A stretch of 64,000 nt of DNA from Eledone cirrhosa (Eukaryota): NCBI GenBank assembly GCA_964016885.1, contig OZ024765.1, positions 20,212,001-20,276,000 on the forward strand, read 5' to 3'. Below, piece by piece: positions 1 through 12,710 of the stretch. A program made the position numbers and the translations under genes. The number at the start of each line of letters is the position of its first letter. Positions within the stretch are counted from its first letter, which is position 1. The notes below the pieces were generated by a model that saw only the letters and a program-made list of their open reading frames with translations, did not search any database and was not told where the DNA came from.

Positions 1-743
1 TGGCATGACGACACCTAAGACCAATGTTGTCGCTGGAAACTTTGTCTGCATGACTCTGGGCACGTCTTTGGATGAGACAGCGAGCCACCTGTTGTTCTGG
101 GAGTTGATCTTCTGGTCTTGGCATAAAATGTTCTCGTCTGAGAAAAACCACAGCATGTCTGGCTCCAGTGGGTGTTTCAACTTGTTGATCAGCTTCTTTG
201 CGTGCTTCAGTCGCTTTTCTTGCATCGCCTTTGACAGAAATCCTCCTTTCCTCATCTTGTATGAAACGTAGTGAATGTCTTCATGTACCACCAGCCTAAT
301 GAGCTTTTAATCCACGCCTTTCTCCCTTGCAATGGCATGCATCAACTTGCTAGGTTCATTGTTGATGATATCCTGAACTTCAGCGACGAACTCAGGCGTT
401 CTGAAGGCGTCAGATCATCGATCATGTGTTTTCCTCTCTGATGCTGCTTCGTAGTCGAATCCTGAATCTTCCAATTCCTTTCTGACTTTTTCCACCATTC
501 TCCTGCTGATGCTGAGAAAGTCTGAAATTTCCTTATTTGTCCTCCCGGCGTGGATTCCAAGAAGAACTCTGTGTCTCTTCCACAAATTTGGAGGTTCAAA
601 ATTATTCATAATCAATTATTCTGAAAATAAATAATGGAAATATAGTCACTGTTTTTATGAAGACAAGAGTGACAATGGAAGTAAAAAAAATTTGCATAAA
701 ATTAGCAGTCGAAAATTGCAGAACAAATATCAGCAGCACCCTG
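1..743 (-). mobile_element. Tc1/mariner superfamily (maT/DD37D-like) transposon, 5' part, frameshifted; runs off window start
   Basis: Minus strand encodes an HTH-like N-terminus (MIMNNFEPPNLWKRHRVLLGIHAGRTNKEISDFL...) and, after frameshifts, ...KKLINKLKHPLEPDMLWFFSDENILCQDQKINSQNNRWLAVSSKDVPRVMQTKFPATTLVLGVV (first catalytic D region). Terminus TA|CAGGGTG at 745-737. Confidence 0.85.
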
Positions 744-747
744 TATT

Positions 748-962
748 TACACAACATATATACACACACCATATATATACACACCATATATATACACACC
801 ATATATATACACACCATATATATACACACCATATATACACACAACATATATACACACACCATATATAAACACACCATATATACACACACCATATATATAC
901 ACACCATATATATACACACCATATATATACACACCATATATATACACACCATATATACACCA
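748..962. repeat. 15-bp minisatellite (ACACCATATATATAC)n, about 14 copies
   Basis: Direct periodicity; explains the IYIHT/VCIYM repeat ORFs. Confidence 0.9.
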
Positions 963-1195
963 TACCCTAACCTCTTACCTCCATTGATGAAAAACACAGA
1001 CAGAAATTTATAAAATAGATAAACAATAAAAAAAACATCTAAAAAAAACTCAACAAAAATGTAAATAAATAAATGAACCCCTTTTTTAAAAGCCCTTAAA
1101 ACACCTGAGACTGGGGCAAATAAACATTTGGGTTGGTGTCAGTCTTTGGGGCATGTCTGTATATATAAGGGGGAAGGGATTGTGACGGTGGGGTA

Positions 1196-1374
1196 TGTAT
1201 ATATATATATATATATATATGTGGGTGTGTATATGTGAGTGTATATATATATATATATATATACAGAGAGAGAGAGATATGTATGTGTGTATTTATATAC
1301 ATATATATATATATATAAGTGTATGTGTGTGTTTGTCTAAATATGAGGGGTATATGTGTTTATGTATGTGTGTG

Positions 1375-1413
<39 letters not shown>

Positions 1414-1447
1414 TTCTATACACACACACACATATATATATGTATAT

Positions 1448-1493
<46 letters not shown>

Positions 1494-1566
1494 GTATATA
1501 TAAATCTGTATATATATATATATATGTGTGTGTATACATATATATGTATATGTATATATGTATATG

Positions 1567-1598
<32 letters not shown>

Positions 1599-1677
1599 TC
1601 AGTTGTATATATATATATGTATATGTGTATATATATATATATATGCATATATGTATATCTATATGTATATATGTATA

Positions 1678-1748
<71 letters not shown>

Positions 1749-1936
1749 GTATATGTATATATATGTACATATATGTATATGTATCATCATCATCATCATC
1801 ATCACGGTTTTACGTCTGTTCTTCCACACTAGCATGGGTTAGACGGGTTGTCCTGTTGTGGGCAGTGTCTGGTCCGCTGACCATGCCTTGCTCATACAGG
1901 AACTGATTTGGTATATATATATGTATATATATATAC

Positions 1937-1968
<32 letters not shown>

Positions 1969-2011
1969 ATATGTGTGTGTGTATATATATATATATATGT
2001 GTGTGTGTGTA

Positions 2012-2054
<43 letters not shown>

Positions 2055-2085
2055 GTGTCTGTTTATATATGTGTATATATATGTA

Positions 2086-2125
<40 letters not shown>

Positions 2126-2195
2126 CACATGTATATATATGTATGTGTGTGTGTATATATGTGTGTGTGTATATATATATATGTGTATGTGTATA

Positions 2196-2241
<46 letters not shown>

Positions 2242-2282
2242 CACATGTATATATGTTTCTGTGAGTGTGTATGTGTGTGTGT
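1196..2282. repeat. (TA)n/(TG)n compound microsatellite interrupted by a SINE/RTE 3' tail fragment (1785-1907, minus)
   Basis: Dinucleotide tracts; (CAT)n followed by ggttttacgtctgttcttccacactagcatgggttagacggg is the reverse of the RTE-type 3' tail. Confidence 0.85.
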
Positions 2283-2722
2283 CATTAATCCAATGTCCCT
2301 GACCTTTAGTTGACCTCATGATATTTTATTTTTGAATAAACATCATCATATGGAGGGGGAGGCTGGGCATGTATGATTTGAGACCCCAATTTCCTCTGAA
2401 TAGGGATATTTTACCTGATTTTTCTAGTCTGAGCTATTATTTATAGTGATTAACTATTGTAAGTGTAATTTTCTGCATTTGGGATACTCACATATGTAAT
2501 TATATAGGCACGAGTCTACATGTTCAAACATATCTGAGGAGCTTCTACTTCCAGAGTCAGGTTCGATCATTAATAGATTGTACCTTGAGCTGATTGACAA
2601 TGAAACATATGTAATATGTGAATAAATATGTATATGATGTAATACTGATTCTTTGTTCTGTATATATATATATAACCAAGGAGGTGTGGTAAGGAACCAG
2701 ATGGACCATAACGCATCATTTT

Positions 2723-2758
<36 letters not shown>

Positions 2759-2888
2759 AAAGTTAAATTTAATTTGTTGGGATTCAACAACCTTAAAAGT
2801 TTTATAACTGATATAAAGCACTCAACAGCTTACTGGAGTAAATATTCAATATATTAATAAATGGAAACTATATTTATAAAACCATAAT

Positions 2889-2954
2889 TATTTTATTATA
2901 TATATTTCAAGGGCAACCAAGGCAAATTTTGGTGCGCTTTCATCAGATAAAATA
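2889..2954 (-). ncRNA. Type I hammerhead ribozyme (minimal, palindromic stem/loop III) in a PLE-like pLTR fragment (about 2755-3050)
   Basis: Minus strand: UAUUUUAU CUGAUGA [AAG...CUU] GAAA UAUAUA UA AUAAAAUA; 8-bp perfect stem I and intact core. Same family as the 57528-57941 element. Confidence 0.85.
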
Positions 2955-3481
2955 CAAAATTTGTTTTATAAATATTGACATACCCATTGAAGGTTCTCTG
3001 GATAGTGGAAAACATTTTTTTATTTAGGGTAATTCAAAGTTATGTGTGAGTATGCAAATGAATGTCAGAAAGAGTTGAAAAAACAACGCTTTATTTAAAT
3101 TATACTGTTGGAAGAAGAGAGAGGAAAAACAAATATATATATATATATATACATATATATATAAATAAGATTATCGAGAATCGGAACTTCGGCCCACGAA
3201 ATAACGAAAAACAATCTTCGAAATGTGCGGCAAAGTGCTCAATGGTTTGGATGAACCAGAGCTATAACTAGCGTTTAATACCAACACACTGAATATATTA
3301 TATATATGAGGTTTTTTTAAAATGAAAAAAAAAACGAGTTGTCCTACACGAGTGAAAGAAATCGAAAATGCAACTGGAGTCTTTTTAAGAATATTTATTT
3401 GTTTCACAGTTCTTATGCTTTTCAAAAGTAGAATTGAGATGGAGGTTGTGTGGTTTTTCTCGCATCTAGTTGGTGTTCAGA

Positions 3482-3809
3482 TATCATCATCATCATTTCA
3501 TTTTCCGTCCGCTTTTCCCTGCTTGCAAGGGTGGGACGGGAACTGATTCTGGCTTGATTTCTACAGCTGGATGCCCTTCCTAACACCAACCTCATTTACA
3601 GTGAGTGCTGGGTGCTTTTTTGCCGTGGCACCTCCACGACCACTTTGCAGTGGAATGATATGGACCCTAGTCCCTATCATCTCATTTCTACAGCTGAGTA
3701 AACTGGAGCAATGTGAAATAAAGTGTCGTGCTCAAGGAAACAACACATCACCCGGCCTGAGAATTGAACTCACAACCTCTCAATTGCAAGGCCAATGCTC
3801 TAACCACTA
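3482..3809 (-). mobile_element. tRNA-derived CORE-type SINE with RTE-like 3' tail
   Basis: A/B-box-like head (gtggttagagc...gagttcaattc), CORE-like ccttgagcacgacactttatttcac...cagtttactcagctgtagaaatg, and tail cccttgcaagcagggaaaagcggac...(TGA)n shared with local RTE LINEs. Confidence 0.85.
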
Positions 3810-3816
3810 TATATAT

Positions 3817-4026
3817 ATGCAGTGGAATGATAGGGACTGGTGTCCCTATCATTCCACTGCAAAGTGGTCGTGGAGGTGCCACGGCATAAAAGCACCCAGC
3901 ACTCACTGTAAATGAGGTTGGTGTTAGGAAGGGCATCCAGCTGTAGAAATCAAGCCAGAATCAGTTCCCGTCCCACCCTTGCAAGCAGGGAAAGGCGGAC
4001 ATAAAATGAAATGATGATGATGATGA
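3817..4026 (+). mobile_element. 5'-truncated CORE-type SINE, inverted relative to the adjacent copy
   Basis: Near-perfect reverse complement of 3482-3690. Confidence 0.85.
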
Positions 4027-4093
4027 TATATATATATCTGAAGTAGTCATCTTTAGAAGTGTAGAGAGCAGCTGGTTCCATTGAAAGGTCATA

Positions 4094-4636
4094 TCAATTG
4101 ACAACAAAATTAACTGTTGGTAATACCATAGTGGTGGTGGTGGTGTATACTACCACTACTACTGCTGCCACTACCACCACCACCACCACAAACACACCAC
4201 CACCACCATCACTACCACCAGCACCACCACCACCACCAACACACCACGACCAGCACCACCACCACGACCAGCACCACTACCACCAACACACCACCACCCC
4301 CGCCACCACCAACACACCACCACCACCACCACTAGCACCACCACCACCAACACACCACCACCACCGCTACCACGACCACCACCACTACCACCAACACACC
4401 ACCACCACAAAGACCACCACCACCACCACCACCACCACCACCACCACCACCACCACTACCACCACCAGCACCACCACCAGCACCACCACCACCACCAGCA
4501 CCACCACCACCACCACCACCGACACACCACCACCACCACCACCACCACCAACACACCACCACCAACACACCACCACTACCACCAACACACCACCACCACC
4601 ATGGTATTACCAACAGTTAATTTTGTTGTCAATTGA
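4094..4636. repeat. (ACC)n microsatellite bracketed by about 50-bp inverted repeats
   Basis: tcaattgacaacaaaattaactgttggtaataccat (4094-4129) is the exact reverse complement of 4601-4636. Confidence 0.85.
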
Positions 4637-4705
4637 CATATATATATATATATATATAGAATAGAAAAGGAAAACTCAGTGATGCATCTGAACTCAATTT
4701 ATTGT

Positions 4706-4793
4706 GTGTTACAATTGTTTCCCCGGTGGACAGCTGGAGACGCGATCATTGTGTGGTTCTGTCTGATTCTGGTCCCGCAGGTTCGTTGGACAC
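4706..4793 (-). ncRNA. Hammerhead-like fold with variant core CCAACGA
   Basis: Minus strand: GUGU CCAACGA A[CCUG..GGAC...GUCC..CGGG] GAAA CAAUUG UA ACAC; stem I GUGU/ACAC and palindromic stem/loop III CAAUUG. Confidence 0.55.
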
Positions 4794-4880
4794 GTCTAAT
4801 AATTTCTGAGCATATTCTCTCACGCACATATATATATATATATATATATATATGTATAAATAAATATATATATATGTGTA

Positions 4881-4925
<45 letters not shown>

Positions 4926-5065
4926 ATATATGTATATATATATATATAAATATATATATATGTGTATATATATAAATATATATATATGTGTATATATATA
5001 TGTATATATATATGTATATAAATATATATATATGTATATATATATGTATATATGTGTATATATAC

Positions 5066-5112
<47 letters not shown>

Positions 5113-5260
5113 GTATATATGTGTATATATACAAATATATACATATATGTATATATATATTATATATGTGTGTATATATATATATATGTGTATATATATA
5201 TATATATATATGTGTATATATATATGTGTATATATATATACACATATATATATGTGTCTG

Positions 5261-5300
<40 letters not shown>

Positions 5301-5309
5301 TATATATAT

Positions 5310-5360
5310 AGCTTCCTGAAGATTTCATCTGAATGAAACAGTACTAGTCCTGTAGAAGCT
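5310..5360 (+). ncRNA. Type I hammerhead ribozyme
   Basis: AGCUUC CUGAAGA U[UUC AUCU GAA]U GAAA CAG UACUAGUC CUG UA GAAGCU; 6-bp stem I, 3-bp stem III with palindromic ACUAGU in the loop; isolated between TA tracts. Confidence 0.85.
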
Positions 5361-5479
5361 CCTTCTATAAAATATAAATATATATATATATATATATTTA
5401 TTAAAATAACAGATTAAAGTTTAAGCAAAGAATATCGAGCCCTCTTTGGATTTTAGTCTTCAATTTTATTATTACTATA

Positions 5480-5760
5480 TAAGCGCTCATATATTCACCT
5501 AGCTTATGCTAACAGAATAACTATGAAGCTTGTCTCCTTCCTTCTACGGGTAGCTCTACTCTTTGTTGTTTTCTTGTCTCACTCGCTTTACGCGTTTTAA
5601 TTGTCCTAATAACTTAATTTAGTTATTATTGCACCGACGTGAGGTATATGATTTTTAATGCAATGAAATATCTATGATCGTCGGCAAATCACTGATGAGG
5701 GACTTATTTTATTATATGTTATCCATGTGCTACCAGCAGTATTTTCCTCCCCATTTTATT
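5480..5760 (+). mobile_element. Unclassified TA-embedded dispersed repeat (second copy at 47865-48140, minus)
   Basis: Homologous inverted copy ([10 protein letters not shown]... ORF pieces appear in both); flanked by (TA)n. Confidence 0.65.
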
Positions 5761-5772
5761 ATATATATATAT

Positions 5773-5809
<37 letters not shown>

Positions 5810-5871
5810 GATATATATATGTGTGTGTGTATATATATATGTATATATACATACATATATATATGTATATA

Positions 5872-5939
<68 letters not shown>

Positions 5940-5943
<4 letters not shown>

Positions 5944-6185
5944 GGAGGTGAGTTTTATTGTAGTACAATAAAGCAATGCAGATATCGGATAAGAAGCACT
6001 CTACAGTTTGTGGGACTGATATGTTGATTTAAAACTGCACTATCCACAAGTGTTTTTTAGCCTTCATATCATGTTCTCCTGTTTTATCTGATGAAAACAC
6101 AAATATTATTGCTTGATGATGTTTGTTTTTGAAATGCGCATAATAAAATATATGGAACTCCTTTAACCATCTTTTGATCTTATAT
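5940..6185 (+). mobile_element. PLE-like pLTR element (family A) with hammerhead
   Basis: Homologous to 12708-13052 and 13800-14110; begins with an inverted piece of its own 3' extension; flanked by (TA)n. Confidence 0.75.
6081..6149 (+). ncRNA. Type I hammerhead ribozyme (family A)
   Basis: GUUUUAU CUGAUGA [AAACACAAAUAUUAUU GCUU GAUGAUGUUUGUUUUU] GAAA UGCGCA UA AUAAAAU. Confidence 0.9.
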
Positions 6186-6258
6186 TATATATATATATAT
6201 ATATATATATTCATATATACATATATATATGTATGTATATATACATATATATATATAC

Positions 6259-6344
<86 letters not shown>

Positions 6345-6423
6345 CATATATATATATATGAACAAGAGTGGCATACATACATATATATATATATAACATA
6401 TATATATATATGAACAAGAGTGG

Positions 6424-6488
<65 letters not shown>

Positions 6489-6496
6489 GTACGTAT

Positions 6497-7140
6497 GCCA
6501 CTCTTGCTCATTATAGTCCTCCAAGCCATAACAGAGGAGTTTAAGACTGGCTGTCCATGGGAACTTCTCTATGCTGATGATCTGGTTCTTATAGCAGAAT
6601 CAGTAGAGGAGCTAGAGATGAAATTCTGGCTATGGAAACAGCAGTTGGAAGCAAGAGGACTGAGAGTGAACCTAGCTAAGACAAAAGTGTTGATAAGTAG
6701 AAAAGAGGACAAAACTCTGATTCCATCAGGGGAATGGCCATGTTCGATATGCAGAAAAGGAACTGGCATAAATTCTATAAAATGCACACAATGCAGATCC
6801 TGGGTACACAAGAGATATAGCGGGATAGCAGGCAAACTGACAGGTAGGGAGAAATACGTATGTAGTGTGTGAGAGAGGAGACTGAGGTGGTATGGACATG
6901 TAACGCACATGGAGGATGACCAATGGGTGAAGAAGTGCCAGGAAATGGCAGTTGAAGGAAGACGTGGTAGAAGTAGACCACTAAAAACATGGGCGGAGGT
7001 GGTGAGAACAGACCTCAGATCGCTGAAGCTCACGGTGGAGATGACGAGGGACCGTGACAAGTTGAGAGATGCTGTGTTGAATAAGACCCGTCCTACCCTT
7101 GCAAGCAGGGAAGAGCGGACGTAAAATGATGATGATGATG
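6497..7140 (+). mobile_element. RTE-clade LINE fragment, internally deleted (RT end and Cys-rich region joined to C-terminus and 3' tail)
   Basis: [15 protein letters not shown]...KTKVL...WPCSICRKGTGINSIKCTQC..WVHKR, then RRLRWYGHV..MEDD.WVKKC...GRRGRSRP.KTW...; (TGA)n tail. Confidence 0.9.
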
Positions 7141-7199
7141 ATATATATATTTATATATATATATGTATGTATGTATATATATATGTATGTACGTATATA

Positions 7200-7455
7200 T
7201 CATCATCATCATCATCTTCGTTTAACGTCCATTTTCCACGCTAGCATGGGTTAGACGGGAGTTGTCCCACTTGAGGCAAGGCTGGTCGGGTGACTGTATC
7301 TCACTCATATAGGACTATCTGGCAGGTTTTCTACGGCTGGATGCCCTTCCTAACACCAACCACATTTACAGTGTGGAACTGGGAACTTTTTACCGTGTTA
7401 CCTACACATCACAGCGTGGACTGTGTGTGTTTTTTGTCGTGACACCTACACGGCC
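7200..7455 (-). mobile_element. SINE/RTE-tail family 3' portion (related copies 9843-10230 and 48615-49000)
   Basis: (CAT)n followed by ttccacgctagcatgggttagacggg...ggatgcccttcctaacaccaacc, shared among copies. Confidence 0.75.
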
Positions 7456-8500
7456 ACGAGTGCTGTTGGTGGGAGTGATCCCACTACATCTTTTATGTAC
7501 CCATACTTTGCATTTGGGACATAAAATGGAATTTCTGCCTACTCTTTTCCTACACACTGAGCATGGCCATTTCCCTGAGGGCACCTGTGCCCTATTTTCC
7601 TTTCTACAAACTAGAACTTTAGTCTTAGACAAGTTAACTTTAAGGCCTTTTGATTCTAGGCCATGCTTCCATGTTTGGAATTTCTTCTCTAGTTCAGTCA
7701 TTGATTCAGCTATGAGCGTTAGATCATCTGCGTATAGGAGTTCCCATGGGCAGCCGGTCTTGAACTCCTCTGTTATAACCTGAAGGGCAATAATAAATAA
7801 GAGGGGGCTAAGGACAGAGCCTTGATGAACGCCAACTTTTACGCTAAACTCTTCACTATATTCGTTGTTAATTCTAACCTTGCTGACTGTTTCATTATAC
7901 ATGGCTTGTATAGCTCTCACAAGCCATTCATCTACACCAAGTTTTCTAAGAGTCCACTAGATAATGGAGCGGGGGACTCTGTCAAAAGCTTTCTCCAGGT
8001 CTACAAAAGCTAAGTATAGGGGTTTACTTTTAGTTAGGTACTTCTCTTGTAGTTGTCGTACAATGAAAAGAGCGTCTGTGGTACTTTTACCTGACACAAA
8101 CCCAAACTGCATTTCATCTAGATCAATTCGCTCTCTGATTAGTTGCACTATAACTCTTTCTGTAACCTTCATGACCTGGTCAACCAACTTAATGCCTCTA
8201 TAGTTTCCCCTATCTAGAGCATCCCCTTTACCCTTGTAGCAGTTAATGATGATGCTGCTACGCCAGTCTTTCAGTATGACCCCTTTCTGTATAACTTGGT
8301 TTACTATCCGGGTGACCATAGTGTGTCCCACCGTTCCAGATGCTTTCAACATCTCAGCAACTATCTCCAAAGGCCCAGCTGCCTTGCCTGTCTTCATATC
8401 TTTGATTGCCTTACTTATTATACTACCTTCAACTTGCTCTGCTGGTCCCTCTATTGGATCGATTTGGGGCAGACTATCTTTTTCCCATATATTCTCCTCA
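7456..8500 (-). pseudogene. RTE LINE reverse transcriptase domain fragment (disrupted)
   Basis: [44 protein letters not shown] and LYADD motifs in ORFs 7957-8397 and 7402-7920. Confidence 0.95.
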
Positions 8501-8538
8501 TATATATATATATGAATGTATATATATATGTATGTATG

Positions 8539-8569
<31 letters not shown>

Positions 8570-8590
8570 ATATATATGTATGTATATATG

Positions 8591-8674
<84 letters not shown>

Positions 8675-8675
8675 G

Positions 8676-8708
<33 letters not shown>

Positions 8709-8843
8709 TATGTATGTATATACATATATATATATATATAGTTTATTTGCTTAAACTTTAATCTGTACTTATAATATACATACACATATATATATATATA
8801 TACATACAATTATACATATATATATATATTTATATAACTATTT

Positions 8844-8874
<31 letters not shown>

Positions 8875-8884
8875 TATATATATA

Positions 8885-8973
<89 letters not shown>

Positions 8974-9027
8974 ACAGAAGTGAAAAGCGAAAACCAACCA
9001 AACAGTGAGTGTGTTTTGTTATTAATT

Positions 9028-9490
9028 CTGGAAATTAGAATAATATCTAAACATAGAAATGACCCAGCAGATAGGCAAATCAGAGAGGCCAATTAAATAG
9101 AACTTAGAAGGCCAAGGCTAAACAGAAAGAATGAATGGAATAACAAAAACACCCAAACAAACAACACTGACCTAAGAGAAGTATAAATAAATAATTAGAT
9201 AAATAAATAAATAAATACATACACAAGCACAATAAAAACAAACACATATAAACACACACTAGTAAAGTTAGAATACATTAACCAATACACAGTCACCCAA
9301 TCATGAACACACATCAAACAAAACACTATACACACACGCAAACACATGCACAAAGAAGACAAAATAAAATAAACTAATAAATAAATATATAAACAGACTA
9401 AATAAAGATGGCGTAGAAAATACAATGCAACGGGAGGAAACAATAGCACCACTGACGATGTTGCAGATGTGCAACGAAAGAACTTTGATA
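9028..9490 (+). mobile_element. Penelope-like element 3' end: GIY-YIG endonuclease C-terminal relic, A/C-rich UTR and decayed hammerhead
   Basis: [36 protein letters not shown] fits the R.I.EA..I....P.LN C-terminal pattern of PLE endonucleases; CUGACGA U[GUUGCA GAUG UGCAAC] GAAAG at 9452-9480. Confidence 0.6.
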
Positions 9491-9842
9491 AACTATATAT
9501 ATGTGTTTGTGTCTATATTGTATCTGTATTATTTTTGACCGTCGGTCAGTCAATGGCAAGATTGAGGACCGAATAAATTAGATTACTGATATAAAAGACA
9601 CAGAAGCGAAAACCAACCAAACAGTGAGTGTGTTCTGTTATTAATTCTGGCAATATTACACAAATATGACCCTCCCCAAGTAAAACAATATATATAATAT
9701 ATATATATATATATAAGTTTATCTCGGGTTCAATCGGGGGGCAACCACAGTAAGGTACTCAATACATAGCAGAGTATAAATATTTAATATAGAAATGGCT
9801 TCTACAGGACTAACCACAGTACATATATATATATATATATAT

Positions 9843-10230
9843 ATCATCATCATCATCAGGTTTAGCGTCCGTGTTCCACGCTTGCATGGGTTTGGACGGG
9901 GGTTTTCCCACTTGAGGCAAGAGTGGTTGTCTTGCTCGCATAGGACTGTCTGGCGGGTTTTCTACAGCTGGATGCCCTTCCTAACACCAACCACATTTAC
10001 AGTGTGGGGCTGGGAGGTTTTTACCGTGTTGCCTACACGGCCACATTTACAGCGTGGACTGTGTGTTTTTTGTCGTGACACCTACACGATCTCATTTGTT
10101 TCGGCCTGGATGTTGTGGGACCAACATAACTTTACATTGAAAGGGGCGGTGTGGGTGGGGTGGAGGTGGTGGGACGGGGGTGTGTTTTGATAGAGATGCC
10201 TACTGACTGTAGTAGGTTTTTACTTTGTAT
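9843..10230 (-). mobile_element. SINE/RTE-tail family copy
   Basis: Homologous to 48615-49000 and 7200-7455. Confidence 0.75.
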
Positions 10231-10378
10231 TTAACTGACTGTAGTAGGTTTTTACTTTGTATAACAAAATATATATATATATATATATAATGGAAAAATT
10301 TGAACAGGAACAAAACAGAGAGGCAGTACAACGAATGTTTATTAATTTCACGCTCTGGAGAGTGGGTGGTGGTGGGGA

Positions 10379-10410
10379 ACGACGTTTCGGGCATAAGCCC
10401 TTCTTCAGGT
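10379..10410 (-). ncRNA. Very short hammerhead variant (no stem III loop)
   Basis: Minus strand: AC CUGAAGA A[GGGC UUAU GCCC] GAAAC GUC GU; core and stem II perfect, stem I only about 2 bp. Confidence 0.55.
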
Positions 10411-10415
10411 GAAAA

Positions 10416-10453
<38 letters not shown>

Positions 10454-10629
10454 ATGTCTAGGTTTCATGTGTTGTGTGAGATGAGAAAGTTGGCCAATAT
10501 TTTGCTAACATCCATTATCTCTTAGAAACACAGGAACCTGGCAACTACAAGGATTGGCTGGCACCACAGGTTCCGGACATAGACTTAGAAAACATTGTTG
10601 TCGGGTTTATACACACTAAACACTACTCC

Positions 10630-11480
<851 letters not shown>

Positions 11481-11601
11481 AGGAAGGGAGAGGGAGGGAA
11501 CACAGTGTTACTGTGTTCTATATACAGTCTAAGACTTAGTATTACTTGTTTTACTAATGGACTGCTGTGAGTGTGTGTATATATAAGTGTATATATATAT
11601 A

Positions 11602-11602
11602 T

Positions 11603-11637
<35 letters not shown>

Positions 11638-12325
11638 TTTATGTCCGCTCTTCCCTGCTTGCAAGGGTGGGACGGGTCTTATTCAGCACAGCATCTCTCC
11701 ACTCGTCACGGTCCCTCGTCATCTCCACCGTGAGCTTCAATGATCTGAGGTCTGTTCTCACCACCTCCACCCATGTTTTTCGTGGTCTACCTCTACCACG
11801 TCTTCCTTCAACTGGCATTTCCTGGCACTTCTTCACCCATCGGTCATCCTCCATGCGCATCACATGTCCATACCACCTCAGTCTCCTCTCTCGCAAACTA
11901 CATTCTATCCCTCTCAGACACAGTTTCTCTCTCAACACATCACATGTCCATACCATCTCAGCCTTCACTCCTGCACATCACAACTTATCCCTCTCAGACA
12001 CAGTTTCTTTCTCAACACATCCATGCTGGGTCGTTCACGCACATTGACATTGCACATCCAACGGAGCATGCTTGCCTCATTTCTCTCCAGCCGTCGCATA
12101 TCCTCTGCAGTTGCTGCCCATGTCTCACTACCATGCAGCATCGCGCATCTCACACAGGCATCATATAACCATCCTTTCGTACGCAGGGAGAAACCCTTCT
12201 TCATCAGCAGAGGAAGCAGCTCCCTAAACTTCTTCCAACTCGTCCTGATTCTAGATACTATGGCCTCGGAACACCCCCTCCCATGCTAATCTGATCTCCT
12301 AGTTACCGGAAGCTATCCACCACTT
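11602..12325 (-). mobile_element. RTE LINE C-terminal fragment with 3' tail, internally rearranged
   Basis: LYDACVRCAMLHGSETWAATAEDMRRLERNEASMLRWMC...; LRERRLRWYGHVMRMEDDRWVKKC...GRGRPRKTW; (TGA)n tail. Confidence 0.9.
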
Positions 12326-12368
12326 ATAAATATATATATATATATATAGAGAGAGAGATATATCTGTT

Positions 12369-12438
<70 letters not shown>

Positions 12439-12554
12439 GGTCTGAGGTTCACCACTGGATAGAGCTGGTCTATTCCTTATGGTCAATCGCAATGTAATAA
12501 TATGGAGAGTACTCAACCGTCTTTTATCTATTACATTCACGTATTATATTTCGA

Positions 12555-12612
12555 ATACCTGATGATATCACCGGATTCATACGGAACCCGGTCATTGAAA
12601 TGATCATAGTAT
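12555..12612 (+). ncRNA. Type I hammerhead ribozyme
   Basis: AUAC CUGAUGA [..ACCGG AUUC..GAAC CCGGU..] GAAA UGAUCA UA GUAU; palindromic UGAUCA; lies within TA-flanked island 12435-12660. Confidence 0.8.
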
Positions 12613-12662
12613 AATAAACCTTTCAAGGATTTACACAAATCCAGCCTCCTGTCATTTCATTA

Positions 12663-12707
<45 letters not shown>

Positions 12708-12710
<3 letters not shown>

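Noticed and set aside
5690-5750. CTGATGAG motif (also 47880-47930, minus) as a hammerhead
   Set aside because: No downstream GAAA, stem III or stem I in either copy.
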